From: an uncultured Gammaproteobacteria bacterium
GTDB lineage: Bacteria > Patescibacteriota > Microgenomatia > UBA10105 > UBA927
DNA: 63,265 nt
Assembly (NCBI GenBank): GCA_964629685.1
Contig: CAZVTT010000005.1
Coordinates: forward strand, 1 to 63,265
Reading direction: 5' to 3'
Positions 18,264 to 28,910 of this stretch are shown here, one piece after another. Both the position numbers and the translations under genes were made by a program. The notes under the pieces were generated by a model. That model searched no databases. It saw only the letters and a program-made list of their open reading frames with translations, and was not told the DNA's origin. Positions within the stretch are counted from its first letter, which is position 1, and each line of letters starts with the position of its first letter.

Positions 18264-20507
18264 ATGGCGAAACATCAGCATACTGCGCATCCACAAGCCC
18301 CCAATCCGAAACGGGACGACAATCGTACGCTCCTACAGAAATGTGTAGACGGTGGCCTGAAAGTATTGTTCGGTTCCCTCTTTGTTGCAGTACCGCTCGC
18401 GGTAACGCCCTGGAATTATGAACTATTTGAATACAACAAAATGATGCTCACGTACGGCATAACCGCCGCTATTCTCTGTTTCTGGATACTGAAGATGGTA
18501 CTGTCTCGGCGGATTATGCTCAGACGCACACCGTTGGATATTCCCATAGCCTTATTTGTCATTTCCCAGTTTGTGAGTACTCTTACGTCCATGGATCCGC
18601 ATATATCCTGGTTCGGATACTACAGCAGATTTAACGGCGGAATGTGGTCGGTACTCAGTTACGTAGCCCTATACTACGCCTTCATGCATACCATAGTACC
18701 CGAACCGCAGGAAAAATTAGTGGATACCGCCGAATCAGACAGTACCGTGCGCTGGCTTATGCCATTTTTACGGGTAGCCTTTTTAGGAACTGCATTTGTG
18801 GCAGCCTATGCCATCGCCCAACGATTAGGAGTAGACAAACACATTTGGGTTCAGGATGTACAGAACCGGGTGTTTTCAACCCTCGGCCAACCGAATTGGT
18901 TAGCGGCGTATTTTATTGCGCTCGTACCGACTGCACTGGCATTATCAATTCTGCCGCGTGAACAGCGTACGACATTGCAGAAAATATCCCGATTTATCTG
19001 GGCAGGAATGGGAGTGGTGCTTTTTGTGGTGCTGTTATTTACCCGATCGCGTTCCGGGTTCGTGGCGTTTGTTATTACCATCGTTATCTATGTGGCCAGC
19101 ACGATGTTACAGAAATCACATACCGAATTGCGACTTCGTCGCTTCTTTGCCGTACTATCCTTACTCTTCGGCATCATTACCTTCGTAAACGGATCAAATA
19201 TCGGACAGGTAGATAAATACCTATCCTTAAACGGTATCCAAATACTTATTCAGCAACGACAATCCGCAGCTGCCCCCGCACCGGAACAACCCGCGTCCGG
19301 CGGCGAAACCATTATAAATTCCGGCGGAACGGAATCGGGAGAAATCAGAAAATATGTGTGGCAGGGTGCCATAGATGCCTGGAATAACTCTCTTAAGACC
19401 AGATTAATCGGTACAGGTACGGAAACATTTGCATTTGCTTTTTTCCAGCACAAACCAAAAGAACACAACCGTACCAGTGAATGGGATTTTCTCTATAACA
19501 AAGCACACAATGAATATTTAAATTTTCTGACCACTACCGGAATTTTCGGTTTGGGTACATATCTGCTGCTTATCGGCACCACGCTCGTTTGGTTTATCCG
19601 ATGGCAATGGCATATTCGTAGAGATATAAAAAAGCATCCCAGAGTAGAACTGCTGGCTTGGGCACTGATGTGTGGGTACTTAAGTATCCTGATTACCAAT
19701 TTTTGGGGATTTTCGGTTGTGATTACCCAAATCCTGTTTTTCCTGATTCCGCCGATGGTATACGGGCTTTCCCGTTCAACCGTAACGGGGAAAAATACAT
19801 CAGTGAAAATAACTATAAAACTTCCCGATGGCGGTATATACATTCTTTCGGGCATAGCCACATTCTCGTTCATCGGAATACTATTTGTTCTGGTGCAATA
19901 CTGGAGGGCAGATGTGGCTTTTGCCAGTGGGTATCAGTTGGATAGATTAAATGACCAGGTGACCGCAGTCCAATTTTTAGAAAAAGCCATACAGTTAAAT
20001 CCGGGTGAACCGATGTACCACGATGAAATAAGTACCGCGCTGGCAGCACTGGCGGTAACGGCAGCCGATCAGAAAAATGCGACACTGGCCGGTGAACTGG
20101 CCCAACGGGCAGTCCGTCAGAACGAGATAGCACTTACCATCTCTCCGCAAAATGTAAATTTCTGGAAGTCACGCACCAAAGTATTTTATGCTTTTTCCAA
20201 TTACGACGCACAGTATAATACCCTGTCTATCCAATCGCTCGAAAAAGCATTTTCCCTCTCCCCAACCGACCCCAAAATCGCATATAATCTCGCCATTCTG
20301 TATGGCAGATCCGCTGAGAATACCAAAGCAATAGATATTCTGAAGCAGGCCATTTCCATGAAACCGGATTATCGGGATGCGTATTATGCGTTATACATTT
20401 TTTATCTGGAGGTAAAACAGCCGAGTTTAGCTAAAACCGTTTTGGAAGAATATTTGAAAATTGATCCCAATGATAAGGACTTCCAGGAACGACTGACGCA
20501 GTTATGA
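18264..20507 (+). CDS. O-antigen ligase/oligosaccharyltransferase-like membrane protein with C-terminal TPRs
   Basis: FSTLGQPNWLA, TRSRSG, IGTGTETF, KAHNEYL, multiple TMs, TPR tail. Confidence 0.88.
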   Translation: MAKHQHTAHPQAPNPKRDDNRTLLQKCVDGGLKVLFGSLFVAVPLAVTPWNYELFEYNKMMLTYGITAAILCFWILKMVLSRRIMLRRTPLDIPIALFVISQFVSTLTSMDPHISWFGYYSRFNGGMWSVLSYVALYYAFMHTIVPEPQEKLVDTAESDSTVRWLMPFLRVAFLGTAFVAAYAIAQRLGVDKHIWVQDVQNRVFSTLGQPNWLAAYFIALVPTALALSILPREQRTTLQKISRFIWAGMGVVLFVVLLFTRSRSGFVAFVITIVIYVASTMLQKSHTELRLRRFFAVLSLLFGIITFVNGSNIGQVDKYLSLNGIQILIQQRQSAAAPAPEQPASGGETIINSGGTESGEIRKYVWQGAIDAWNNSLKTRLIGTGTETFAFAFFQHKPKEHNRTSEWDFLYNKAHNEYLNFLTTTGIFGLGTYLLLIGTTLVWFIRWQWHIRRDIKKHPRVELLAWALMCGYLSILITNFWGFSVVITQILFFLIPPMVYGLSRSTVTGKNTSVKITIKLPDGGIYILSGIATFSFIGILFVLVQYWRADVAFASGYQLDRLNDQVTAVQFLEKAIQLNPGEPMYHDEISTALAALAVTAADQKNATLAGELAQRAVRQNEIALTISPQNVNFWKSRTKVFYAFSNYDAQYNTLSIQSLEKAFSLSPTDPKIAYNLAILYGRSAENTKAIDILKQAISMKPDYRDAYYALYIFYLEVKQPSLAKTVLEEYLKIDPNDKDFQERLTQL

Positions 20508-21043
20508 AAAAACCCATAGTTACCATCCCCAATGATGTCCTTTTCGCTCAGGCAAAAACCGTAACCGCATTTGATAAACGGTTACAGAAACTGATTACCA
20601 CCATGTCCGAAACGCTGAACGCTACCAAAAAACCGAAGGGCGTGGGACTCGCCGCACCACAAATAGGTGAATCGGTACGGGTATTTCTGACAAAACCTAC
20701 GGACAAAGCCGAGATACGTGTATTTATAAACCCGGAAATACTGCAGATAGATGATACTGTCCCGGGACCAAAAGAAGACGATAAACTCGAAGGCTGTTTA
20801 TCCATACCCGGTGTATGGGGAAAAGTGGACCGTCATCATAAGGTACTGCTTGCGTACCAAAACGAACAGGGCGAAAAACTTCAGGAATGGTTTACCGGTT
20901 TTATGGCGGTTATTGTCCAGCACGAAACGGATCATACCAACGGGATATTGTTTACCAGCAGAGTGGCAGAACAAAAAGGCAAATTCTACACGAACGCCGT
21001 GGATGAAGACGGCAAAGAGATACTGGAAGAGTTAAGTATATAA
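20504..21043 (+). CDS. def: peptide deformylase
   Basis: GVGLAAPQIG, EGCLSIP, HETDH. Confidence 0.97.
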   Translation: MKKPIVTIPNDVLFAQAKTVTAFDKRLQKLITTMSETLNATKKPKGVGLAAPQIGESVRVFLTKPTDKAEIRVFINPEILQIDDTVPGPKEDDKLEGCLSIPGVWGKVDRHHKVLLAYQNEQGEKLQEWFTGFMAVIVQHETDHTNGILFTSRVAEQKGKFYTNAVDEDGKEILEELSI

Positions 21044-21119
21044 TTACTGGCTACTTCTACTTGATATTTGCTGGGACGCCATGTCCTGACAAGTACCCGT
21101 AACAAGTAACCCTGATCAC

Positions 21120-22046
21120 ATGAAGCAAAAAATTCGGACTATTTTTTTCGGCTCGGCTCCGGACTCACTCCCCACCCTAAACCTGCTAAATACCTGGATA
21201 TCACCCGACTTTACCCTGGAACTCGTCGGAGTGGTAACTCAACCGCCCCGTCCGGCAGGAAGACAGAAAATAATTACACCCACGCCCGTTCAGATCTGGG
21301 CGGAACAGCATACGATTCCGACACTTTCATTTCCCTCTATTCCCGAGACACCATGGATTTTTCTTGATGAGGAACAGGTTGTGAGTGCCCTTAGCCCGCT
21401 CGCCGCTGACTTAATCGTCGTTACCTATTACGGACAAAAAATTCCCTGGGCAGCAATTACCGCTGCTACGTACGGAGGGATAAATGTCCATCCTTCCCTA
21501 TTGCCACGCTGGCGCGGAGCAGATCCTATTCCCTGGGCAATTTTAACCGGTGATCACCAGGTCGGAATTACGGTACTCACTTTGGCAGAACAATTTGATG
21601 AGGGGAAAATACTCGGTCAGAAAAAAATACCGTTAACGGCTACCGATATGACCAATCCGTTATATGAAAAACTATTTATTCTGGGAGCTGAATTACTCGG
21701 AGAATTGTTATCCGATTATCTGACAGGGAAGAATGCCGGAACGCCGCAGGGCGCCAGTCCCACCCCTTATGCCCGACGATTACAACGCGCGGACGGCTTT
21801 GTGCCTTGGGAAAAATTGGAAGCAGCCATTAAAGACGGCACGGAGGCAGAGCAGATCGACAGAATGTACCGAGCCCTGACTCCCTGGCCGGGAATATGGA
21901 CCACATTGCTGCTGCACGGAACGGAAAAACGGGTAAAAATTCTGGAGCTCCAATACCGATCCGAAAGGATACATATAAGCACCGTTCAGATTGAAGGAAA
22001 AACTCCCATACCATTCGCTACATTTAGGTCTACCTTCTTTACGTAA
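21120..22046 (+). CDS. fmt: methionyl-tRNA formyltransferase
   Basis: VVTQPPRPAGR, INVHPSLLPRWRGADP, RALTPWPG. Confidence 0.95.
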   Translation: MKQKIRTIFFGSAPDSLPTLNLLNTWISPDFTLELVGVVTQPPRPAGRQKIITPTPVQIWAEQHTIPTLSFPSIPETPWIFLDEEQVVSALSPLAADLIVVTYYGQKIPWAAITAATYGGINVHPSLLPRWRGADPIPWAILTGDHQVGITVLTLAEQFDEGKILGQKKIPLTATDMTNPLYEKLFILGAELLGELLSDYLTGKNAGTPQGASPTPYARRLQRADGFVPWEKLEAAIKDGTEAEQIDRMYRALTPWPGIWTTLLLHGTEKRVKILELQYRSERIHISTVQIEGKTPIPFATFRSTFFT

Positions 22047-22112
22047 GTTTAACTATTCCCTCCTCTTGACAGGTACAACCACGTTCCCGTACGCTGGATA
22101 TGGAGGGAAATT

Positions 22113-22385
22113 ATGGCAAAATCCAAAAAAAAAGTTTCCGTAAAACGTATTCCGATTGATTTATCCGAATGGAATTTTGTTATTTTCCTGACACTCGCAT
22201 TTATACTTCTGGTAATCGTGGCTGTAAACGTGAAAAACGTCGCATTTGACCTTCGTACCAAAGCATTCAGCAGTTGTCCGCAAATTACCGAACTTCCGCG
22301 TCCGGAAGCCTGTCCCGGTGGCAAATGGTCCTACCAGCGCGATGCTAACGGCTGTCAGGCATTTTTCTGCACACCGAACCAGTAA
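22113..22385 (-). CDS. small single-TM Cys-rich protein
   Basis: SD GGAGG, basic N-terminus, TM, DLRTKA motif, 4 Cys. Strand as given in the ORF track; the ATG and SD read on the + strand at 22113. Confidence 0.4.
22113..22385 (+). CDS. small single-TM Cys-rich exported protein (90 aa)
   Basis: + strand ORF ATG 22113 with SD GGAGG and upstream TTGACA-N17-TACGCT-like promoter; TM, DLRTKA, CPQ..CPGG..CQAFFC. Confidence 0.8.
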   Translation: MAKSKKKVSVKRIPIDLSEWNFVIFLTLAFILLVIVAVNVKNVAFDLRTKAFSSCPQITELPRPEACPGGKWSYQRDANGCQAFFCTPNQ

Positions 22386-22449
22386 ACTGAATACAGTAAC
22401 ACTACTGCGGGTGCTAGTCTAACAACCAAACCGTTCTGCGGATAGGTAT

Positions 22450-22845
22450 ATGATTCCTGAAGATGTTTTAACATCCATTACTGATGCATTAAGCAGGGTT
22501 TTGTTAGTAGCCGGGCACCCGGAAAAAGAAATCCCCGAGTACGTTGCCATACTGCAGACGGCAGTTATTCAATTGGCTTCTACCTATCTGATTATGGAAA
22601 TGCCCAACACGGACCGACTGAAAATGCTGACGTCGTTACAACATGCTACTGATCCAAAAAACGGATTAACTATTATTTTCTCCTATAAACATGAAGAAGA
22701 ACGCTTATACAAAGCATTTGAAGACGGTATCCGGGATGTAATTTATCAGTACTTCCAAAAAATTCTTCCCACCCTTTCCGATATACAGAGAAATCAAATC
22801 CGACAAGTAATGACAAATTTACCGCACACACATACCACACTATGA
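22450..22845 (+). CDS. hypothetical helical protein
   Basis: ORF overlapping the next start (ATGA coupling). Confidence 0.7.
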   Translation: MIPEDVLTSITDALSRVLLVAGHPEKEIPEYVAILQTAVIQLASTYLIMEMPNTDRLKMLTSLQHATDPKNGLTIIFSYKHEEERLYKAFEDGIRDVIYQYFQKILPTLSDIQRNQIRQVMTNLPHTHTTL

Positions 22846-23678
22846 GTGAATCGGATCTGCCTAACACACCCGGAGAGCATGAGTTAGCTTCAACTGCCGA
22901 AGAATTTGAAAACGCGGCTACCGAAATTGTGGACACTGCGCAGGGTTTTCGTGACCGTATGCGGGACTTTCGTATAAGCAAAGGTGACGTGGTTCAGGTA
23001 TTAGCTACGGTGGGTGGCTGTCTATTATACCGGGAACACTATCAACAACAACCGCCGCTGGCAGATGCGTTCGCCATTTTCAGTGCCGCCGGCATTGCCG
23101 GAATGTATGTGGATGCCCGATATGAAAATGCGGATGTACTCCCCCAGTTACCGCGCAGAATCGTACTGGGTTTGGCGACCGCGGGAGTTATGGCATTCGG
23201 CCCAGGAGCAGTGGACGCAGTCGCAGATAAAATAAAACAGGTAAAACTGCCTGATTTTCGGCCTCAGATTGAATCCGTGCAGACTTCAATTGGGAACAGC
23301 ATAAATGAGTCTGCCAAACGCATACAGGAAGATCCCCGAATCGTACTGACAGGCATAGGTATCGGCACTCTGGCTGCCGGCGCCAGAAAAATACAGCACG
23401 AAATGCAGGAACACCAACCCATTAAAACGGCCGTAGCCACTGCCAGGAATTTCCGGAAGGACGCTACTGTAAAGAGTGATATAAAGGCTTTGAGACGCGC
23501 AGGAAGCGTGGCATGGGAGTATTCAAGCTATCACGTATCAAAACTGACGCTGAAAGGTATCCGCTGCTTGAGCGGAATGGCTGCGCGGAAATTTAGCAGA
23601 TTGGAATCAAGGATGGACGCCCGTTTATCTGCACTCGATTCCGGAGACACCCTAGTCGATAAAGCCGGCAGTAATTGA
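22842..23678 (+). CDS. hypothetical membrane-associated protein
   Basis: 278-aa ORF with several short hydrophobic segments, coupled to the upstream ORF. Confidence 0.7.
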   Translation: MSESDLPNTPGEHELASTAEEFENAATEIVDTAQGFRDRMRDFRISKGDVVQVLATVGGCLLYREHYQQQPPLADAFAIFSAAGIAGMYVDARYENADVLPQLPRRIVLGLATAGVMAFGPGAVDAVADKIKQVKLPDFRPQIESVQTSIGNSINESAKRIQEDPRIVLTGIGIGTLAAGARKIQHEMQEHQPIKTAVATARNFRKDATVKSDIKALRRAGSVAWEYSSYHVSKLTLKGIRCLSGMAARKFSRLESRMDARLSALDSGDTLVDKAGSN

Positions 23679-23711
23679 TTTAGACCTATAGTTTTGATAT
23701 ACTCCAATACT

Positions 23712-24080
23712 ATGCCACTCTCCGGAGAATTTGAACAATTAGCGCAATGGGCAGGACAACAACTGAATCAGTTGGAAACAAAACATACCGCCTGGAAAAT
23801 ACTTACCCCCATCCGCTGGGCACTGAGTGATTTGGAAGACACACACACTCTTGAACAGGCTACGCGGGCTACCAGAAACATCTGGAATTCACTACCCGAG
23901 GCAGTAGTAGCCATCACCGTTTCCCCGGATATTACGGTTGGCTGCACGGCAGAACGACTGGAAACGGTTCCGGACGATCAAAGGGTACGGTGGAGCCTGC
24001 TGGAGATTGATGAATACGCGGAAAGAATGGCGACAGCACTTAATACGAGCTGGGAACGCACAATTACGGGTGAAGAGTAA
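23712..24080 (+). CDS. hypothetical protein
   Basis: TATACT (23698-23703) 8 nt before ATG 23712. Confidence 0.65.
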   Translation: MPLSGEFEQLAQWAGQQLNQLETKHTAWKILTPIRWALSDLEDTHTLEQATRATRNIWNSLPEAVVAITVSPDITVGCTAERLETVPDDQRVRWSLLEIDEYAERMATALNTSWERTITGEE

Positions 24081-24083
24081 GCG

Positions 24084-24341
24084 TTAGGCGGTAGCAACCG
24101 GGGCGGCAGCGGCTTTTTGCTTTGCAGCATCGAAACGAACCCGTTTGATACAGCGTGTACACGCATGTACTCTGACCATCACACCGCTAACCGGCATGGT
24201 AATCCAGTGCAGATTCGGTTTAAACGACCTCAGGGTTTTGGTAGCACGCTTTTTCCATTGACCACCAGCCACACCCGTATGATGGGTATGTGACTTCCCT
24301 TCCTGACGCTTTTTGTTACAAAGATGACATCGGTAAGCCAT
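24084..24341 (-). CDS. rpmB: 50S ribosomal protein bL28
   Basis: CHLC...RSFKPNLH...CTRCIK pattern. Confidence 0.9.
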   Translation of the reverse strand: MAYRCHLCNKKRQEGKSHTHHTGVAGGQWKKRATKTLRSFKPNLHWITMPVSGVMVRVHACTRCIKRVRFDAAKQKAAAAPVATA

Positions 24342-24418
24342 AAAATAAAAATTCTTCCCTCGAGCCCAATCAGATATCCTCTTGGGATTTTCTCCGGAAG
24401 TACGGTATACTATACCAC

Positions 24419-25093
24419 ATGTTGACAGATCTTTTCAATAATCCCGTTTCCGTGTTGTTTTGGCTGGTCGCTTTGGTGATCGCTATTACGGTTCATGAAT
24501 TTGCCCACGCCTTCACGGCGGACAGATTGGGAGACCCAACGCCTCGGCTGATGGGGAGGCTGACGTTAAATCCACTGGCCCACTTAGATCCCCTGGGAAC
24601 ATTAATGTTGCTGATTGCCCGATTCGGCTGGGGAAAACCGGTGCCGTTTGATCCCTATAATCTGCGTAATCCCCGGAGGGATGCAGCGTTGATATCCGTC
24701 GCAGGTCCGGTTTCCAATATTCTGCTGGCTACCGGAAGTGCACTATTATTACACCTGCTGCTTGGTATCCGCCTTTCGTTAGCCGGTATTCCGTTTATCG
24801 GGATAGTGCTCTTCGTTGTACTGAACGTATTGCATTCCTTGGTAGCGTTAAACGTGGTACTGGCGGTATTTAATCTGATTCCGATTCATCCGCTGGACGG
24901 ATTTAAGATCGTGGGAGGATTACTTCCGGAAGAACAGGCACAACAATGGTATGAACTGGAACGGTACGGAATATTTTTTCTTATACTGTTGACGTTTCCT
25001 ATTTTAGGAAGAACAGCGCCTATTTCTAATTTAATTTCGCCGGTAATCGACCTGCTCCTCCGTATTCTGCTGCCTGGTTCAACAGTAACTTAA
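24419..25093 (+). CDS. site-2 protease (M50 family)
   Basis: HEFAH, AGPVSN, FNLIPIHPLDG. Confidence 0.95.
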   Translation: MLTDLFNNPVSVLFWLVALVIAITVHEFAHAFTADRLGDPTPRLMGRLTLNPLAHLDPLGTLMLLIARFGWGKPVPFDPYNLRNPRRDAALISVAGPVSNILLATGSALLLHLLLGIRLSLAGIPFIGIVLFVVLNVLHSLVALNVVLAVFNLIPIHPLDGFKIVGGLLPEEQAQQWYELERYGIFFLILLTFPILGRTAPISNLISPVIDLLLRILLPGSTVT

Positions 25094-25248
25094 TGATGCC
25101 CACCGCCACCGCTGGCACCTATTTTACTGGGTGATCCTGCATTTTCGAGGGTAGTTACGATAGCCAAAAACCCGAATAAACACTTAAAATCCCGCCAAAA
25201 TGCGGTTTCTATGACCGGTGTTTCTCCATGGTGTGCCTCGTGACTCAT
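25090..25248 (-). CDS. small hypothetical protein (~52 aa) with His-rich termini
   Basis: MSHEAHH...GGGGHH with one hydrophobic stretch; start chosen at 25248. Confidence 0.5.
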   Translation of the reverse strand: MSHEAHHGETPVIETAFWRDFKCLFGFLAIVTTLENAGSPSKIGASGGGGHH

Positions 25249-25385
25249 AGTAAATAGCTTATAGTATTTCTGCCTGTTTTGCAATATGTATCCATAGCAT
25301 ATCCAACCTGCCTCCTTCATGTACACATCCGGCTTCCTTGACAGGGTATTTCGGGCGTGTCATGCTGAAATTGAGGAAAATTTGT

Positions 25386-26195
25386 ATGACCAGGCGACAT
25401 GCTAAAAGCACCTCTTACACCAGGATTCTGACCGTCGTGGTATTTCTGATGTTCGGCCTCATGATTATCGGCCTTCTCTTTAAAGCCTTTTCTGCCGATA
25501 CTGACATTCGTTCTCAGGCTGCCGCCCGGACGGACGTAACCGTAGGGATTTGGGATTTTAACGGTGATACGCTGGATAACTGGACTGCAGAGCGGTTTGA
25601 CTCCGCTAGAATCGGAAACGGAGTCCTGACACTTAAACTACCGAAATCGGGTACCAAAACGCCATTTCTGAACAGCAAAGACGTACATCTATCCGTTCCC
25701 GCGGGAAATAAAACATTTCGGGTCCGTATGGCGGTGGACTCAAAACCCACAACATCTTCGCTTCCAAACGACAGTCATTTTGCCATAAACGTCTATTACC
25801 GGTTGGAAGGCAAATCGAATTGGGAACGACCGTTGACACTGGACGGCAAGGCTGACGGTGAATTCCGCGAATATGCCGTTAAATTTCCGTTTATAGCCGG
25901 GATACTCATTTCGGAAGTACAACTGAATATGTCGAATATACCCGCTGCGGGTTCCGTGACACTGGATTGGGTTAAACTGACGTACCAGCGGACATCTGCC
26001 TGGACTACAAATTTACCTCGTCCTTCCATTACCAATGCACCCAGACCACCTGACGGACGCGTGTGTATTCAGGTAATAACCTGGGCCAGAAACAGCACGA
26101 CACGGGAATGCAAACAATTTCCTACGCCGTGTGCACTCCCGGACGGCTGGATTGCAGACAAAACCTGTACGACATCCCGTGATGAAGCCTTTTAG
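25386..26195 (+). CDS. TM-anchored surface protein with beta-sandwich and Cys module
   Basis: TM, DIRSQA, WDF, C-terminal CIQVIT...CKQFPTPC..PDGW; paralogous to 57570..59549. Confidence 0.8.
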   Translation: MTRRHAKSTSYTRILTVVVFLMFGLMIIGLLFKAFSADTDIRSQAAARTDVTVGIWDFNGDTLDNWTAERFDSARIGNGVLTLKLPKSGTKTPFLNSKDVHLSVPAGNKTFRVRMAVDSKPTTSSLPNDSHFAINVYYRLEGKSNWERPLTLDGKADGEFREYAVKFPFIAGILISEVQLNMSNIPAAGSVTLDWVKLTYQRTSAWTTNLPRPSITNAPRPPDGRVCIQVITWARNSTTRECKQFPTPCALPDGWIADKTCTTSRDEAF

Positions 26196-26203
26196 CCATA
26201 CTT

Positions 26204-28780
26204 TTACACATAGATCCCAATCTGAGCCGCAAACGCTAAAAAAAGAGGGAAGATATCCGTTTCTCCATTCGTATCTTTAAAATGTATTGCCAGTCGTTTC
26301 AGCATTACCCGTCGCATTGCCATACCGTCTCCATTGTGCATAATGCTAAGGATACTCATATACTCGCGTGCCTGTCGCACGGACGGGTGCGTTCCGCTTA
26401 ATACCGTTTCCACCTCGTCTTGTGTTATCTGATAATCCGTATCCATACATTTCAGAAACATGCTGATCTGCGTTGGTGAGTAGGTTACTGAATCCTGAGG
26501 TTCTATTACGGCACTAACCGGCTCAATTTCCGCTTCCGATGGCTGCATCTGTTCCGTCTGAGGAAGAACCTCCGGTTCGGGAGTTTGTGCGCCGGGAAAT
26601 TGAAAAACAACACCAGCGGTAATTTCCGAACCCGGTGAACTGCTTCCCTGTTCATACAATCCCAATTGAGTAGCCCGAACCAGATAGCGAGAATCACCCG
26701 CATGTGCATACATAAGTTGCATCCGTAAACGGCGTAACAGCTGCTCGGGAGAATTATCTCCGATCAACGCCACAGCTTCCGACCAATCTTGAGCGCCATT
26801 TACTACGGAAATTACCACCCGATAGACGGAGTGAAACATATCCCGTTCTGCCGTTTCCGCTCCTTTCTGAAGTACGGTTACTACAGTTGATACGTCGTGT
26901 CCGTATTTTTCGATAAATTTTCGCACATCGCGCAATACCTTCGTCGCCGGTTTTCTGTCATTGGGTTGGACATATTGCCGAGCCAGTGAAGCGGCATCTT
27001 GTGTATATAATTCCCGGCATAAAACACTAAACGTATCGTGTACCGAAGTATTCGGGAGGGGTACTACATCGCGGCTATACCGGTTTTGTCGAAAATATTT
27101 TAGGGAAAGTGCATACATATGCTGGGTAAAAATTTGTTCCATCGTATACGGATCGCTCCGTTTCACACCTAACAATAGAGATTCCCACGCTGCCAAAATT
27201 CGCTGACGATCGGCTTGACTCGGCATTTCCCCATTTACCTGATAATTCTGTTCCGGACTCGCTCCTGATGCCAAATCCGAAATGAATTCCCGTGGCAAAG
27301 CCTGTCCGGCAAACGAAAAGCCCGTAAGGGCTGTGTATCGAAGAATTACCGGTAATTGCCCTAAACCGTACCGTATCCGATCCTCCGTTTCCGCATCCCG
27401 ACGAAGTTCCCCGATCCAATCCCCTGACGTGAGCGGTTCCGGCTCCGGCGCACTCCGGAAGCGTACTCTAAGCTGATGCAATATCTGTTCCGTTCCGGCT
27501 TCCCGGGAAATAAACACCCGTGCGGCAGTATTCCATGTATTCCGATCCGTATACCGCAACAGGGAAAGCCTACCGAGAGTTACGTTATGTATAATTTTTT
27601 TACCGAAAATGCAGATGCTGTCTAAATGTTTTTCCGACTGCCATGGCCATAGCGCACCCTGCTCTGATTCCCAGGTGGTTTTGAATGCCATTAATTCCGA
27701 TAACGATCCGGCAGATAAGGCGGCAGCTTGTGAAATCCAGGCTTTATCCGAAGTAAAATACACCGCTAACCTATCCTGAAAATGCTGATTCAATTCACCG
27801 CCAGTCAGCACTTTTCGCAACAATTCGTCTGTATAATCCCTCTGCGCTTGGATATACAGCAGCTTAAAAAAAGTGCGTGCATTGTCCACATCCTGGCGGG
27901 TAATTTCTATCCCTGCCGAGGCAGCTGCAGCTATAAGCTCCGGAGGAGTTAACGAAAATACCACGCCAGCAACCGCGCCCAGTTGCGTACCCACTGATGG
28001 CTCTTCAGCTTCATCAGAAATAAACTTACCCTCCTGAAACCGGCGCTGCACCAAACCTAACGAAAGCTTGCGAATATATTGTGTATCTTTTCCTAAAGCG
28101 AAACGCCGGACTGCCCATCTGGCAGGATTCCCATCTAATTCTACGCCGTACGCCTCCCCGATTTCGGTGATGTCTTTCCCGGCAGCCAATTGTCGTACTA
28201 CTATAGATACGTGCGGCTCGCGCTGCAGGGCCTCGGCAAGCTGACGATCCGCCGCGATCAGCTGCGGGAGACCACGCAAATTTCGGATAATAGCAGTGGA
28301 CTCATCACCGGGAATACAATCCGGTACCTGGGAAGTAAAATCATAACAGGCGGCCACCTCGGGAGCTACAATTTCTGCGAGCTTCCCTCTGAACGTTTCA
28401 AATTCACCGGTTTCGCGCAGCAGTTCACGGACACTCCATACTAATTGATATTTTACCCGTTTAACCATAGCCGCACTTATTTCGTACTGCTGGCCGATTT
28501 GCGCATCGGTAACTCCGTCTACGGTGAGTTTTCCCATATCTGCCATCATATCGGCCGTAATCGTGTTTGACTTACTGTGATAGTTGAGTAAAAAATCGCA
28601 GTACGGAACCAACTCTTCCCAACGTTCGGGGTAAACCACAGCAAAAGATTTAAGCGCCAAAGACCACCGAGCCCGGGAGTTCTGCTCGTACTCTGCCCGC
28701 AGTCCTGCCAACGCCGTATCGGCGTCGGCAGCAGCTCTATCTAGATGAATAATCCCGTCTAAAACAACTTCTTTGCTCAT
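26204..28780 (-). CDS. large hypothetical protein with HTH-like segments (858 aa)
   Basis: Long uninterrupted ORF; VTDAQIGQQYEISAAMVKRVK resembles a sigma-r4-type HTH. Confidence 0.75.
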   Translation of the reverse strand: MSKEVVLDGIIHLDRAAADADTALAGLRAEYEQNSRARWSLALKSFAVVYPERWEELVPYCDFLLNYHSKSNTITADMMADMGKLTVDGVTDAQIGQQYEISAAMVKRVKYQLVWSVRELLRETGEFETFRGKLAEIVAPEVAACYDFTSQVPDCIPGDESTAIIRNLRGLPQLIAADRQLAEALQREPHVSIVVRQLAAGKDITEIGEAYGVELDGNPARWAVRRFALGKDTQYIRKLSLGLVQRRFQEGKFISDEAEEPSVGTQLGAVAGVVFSLTPPELIAAAASAGIEITRQDVDNARTFFKLLYIQAQRDYTDELLRKVLTGGELNQHFQDRLAVYFTSDKAWISQAAALSAGSLSELMAFKTTWESEQGALWPWQSEKHLDSICIFGKKIIHNVTLGRLSLLRYTDRNTWNTAARVFISREAGTEQILHQLRVRFRSAPEPEPLTSGDWIGELRRDAETEDRIRYGLGQLPVILRYTALTGFSFAGQALPREFISDLASGASPEQNYQVNGEMPSQADRQRILAAWESLLLGVKRSDPYTMEQIFTQHMYALSLKYFRQNRYSRDVVPLPNTSVHDTFSVLCRELYTQDAASLARQYVQPNDRKPATKVLRDVRKFIEKYGHDVSTVVTVLQKGAETAERDMFHSVYRVVISVVNGAQDWSEAVALIGDNSPEQLLRRLRMQLMYAHAGDSRYLVRATQLGLYEQGSSSPGSEITAGVVFQFPGAQTPEPEVLPQTEQMQPSEAEIEPVSAVIEPQDSVTYSPTQISMFLKCMDTDYQITQDEVETVLSGTHPSVRQAREYMSILSIMHNGDGMAMRRVMLKRLAIHFKDTNGETDIFPLFLAFAAQIGIYV

Positions 28781-28790
28781 ACTAACGCCC

Positions 28791-28819
28791 TGGACAATTT
28801 ATTAGTCTCGTAGTATAAT
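28791..28819 (+). promoter_or_regulatory. rplK-rplA promoter
   Basis: TGGACA-N17-TATAAT. Confidence 0.75.
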
Positions 28820-28910
28820 CTTTTCACCTCGATAATTCGAGGGAGAGACCGGTTGAGGTTTCGAGCGACAAGGCTTCTTTGTTCCTCGTTTTCCTTCTCC
28901 GATTTATCCT

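Noticed and set aside
22113-22385. Minus-strand entry for this ORF in the feature list (low confidence)
   Set aside because: The track and the sequence both place the ORF on the + strand (ATG 22113, SD GGAGG); only the + strand call should be used.
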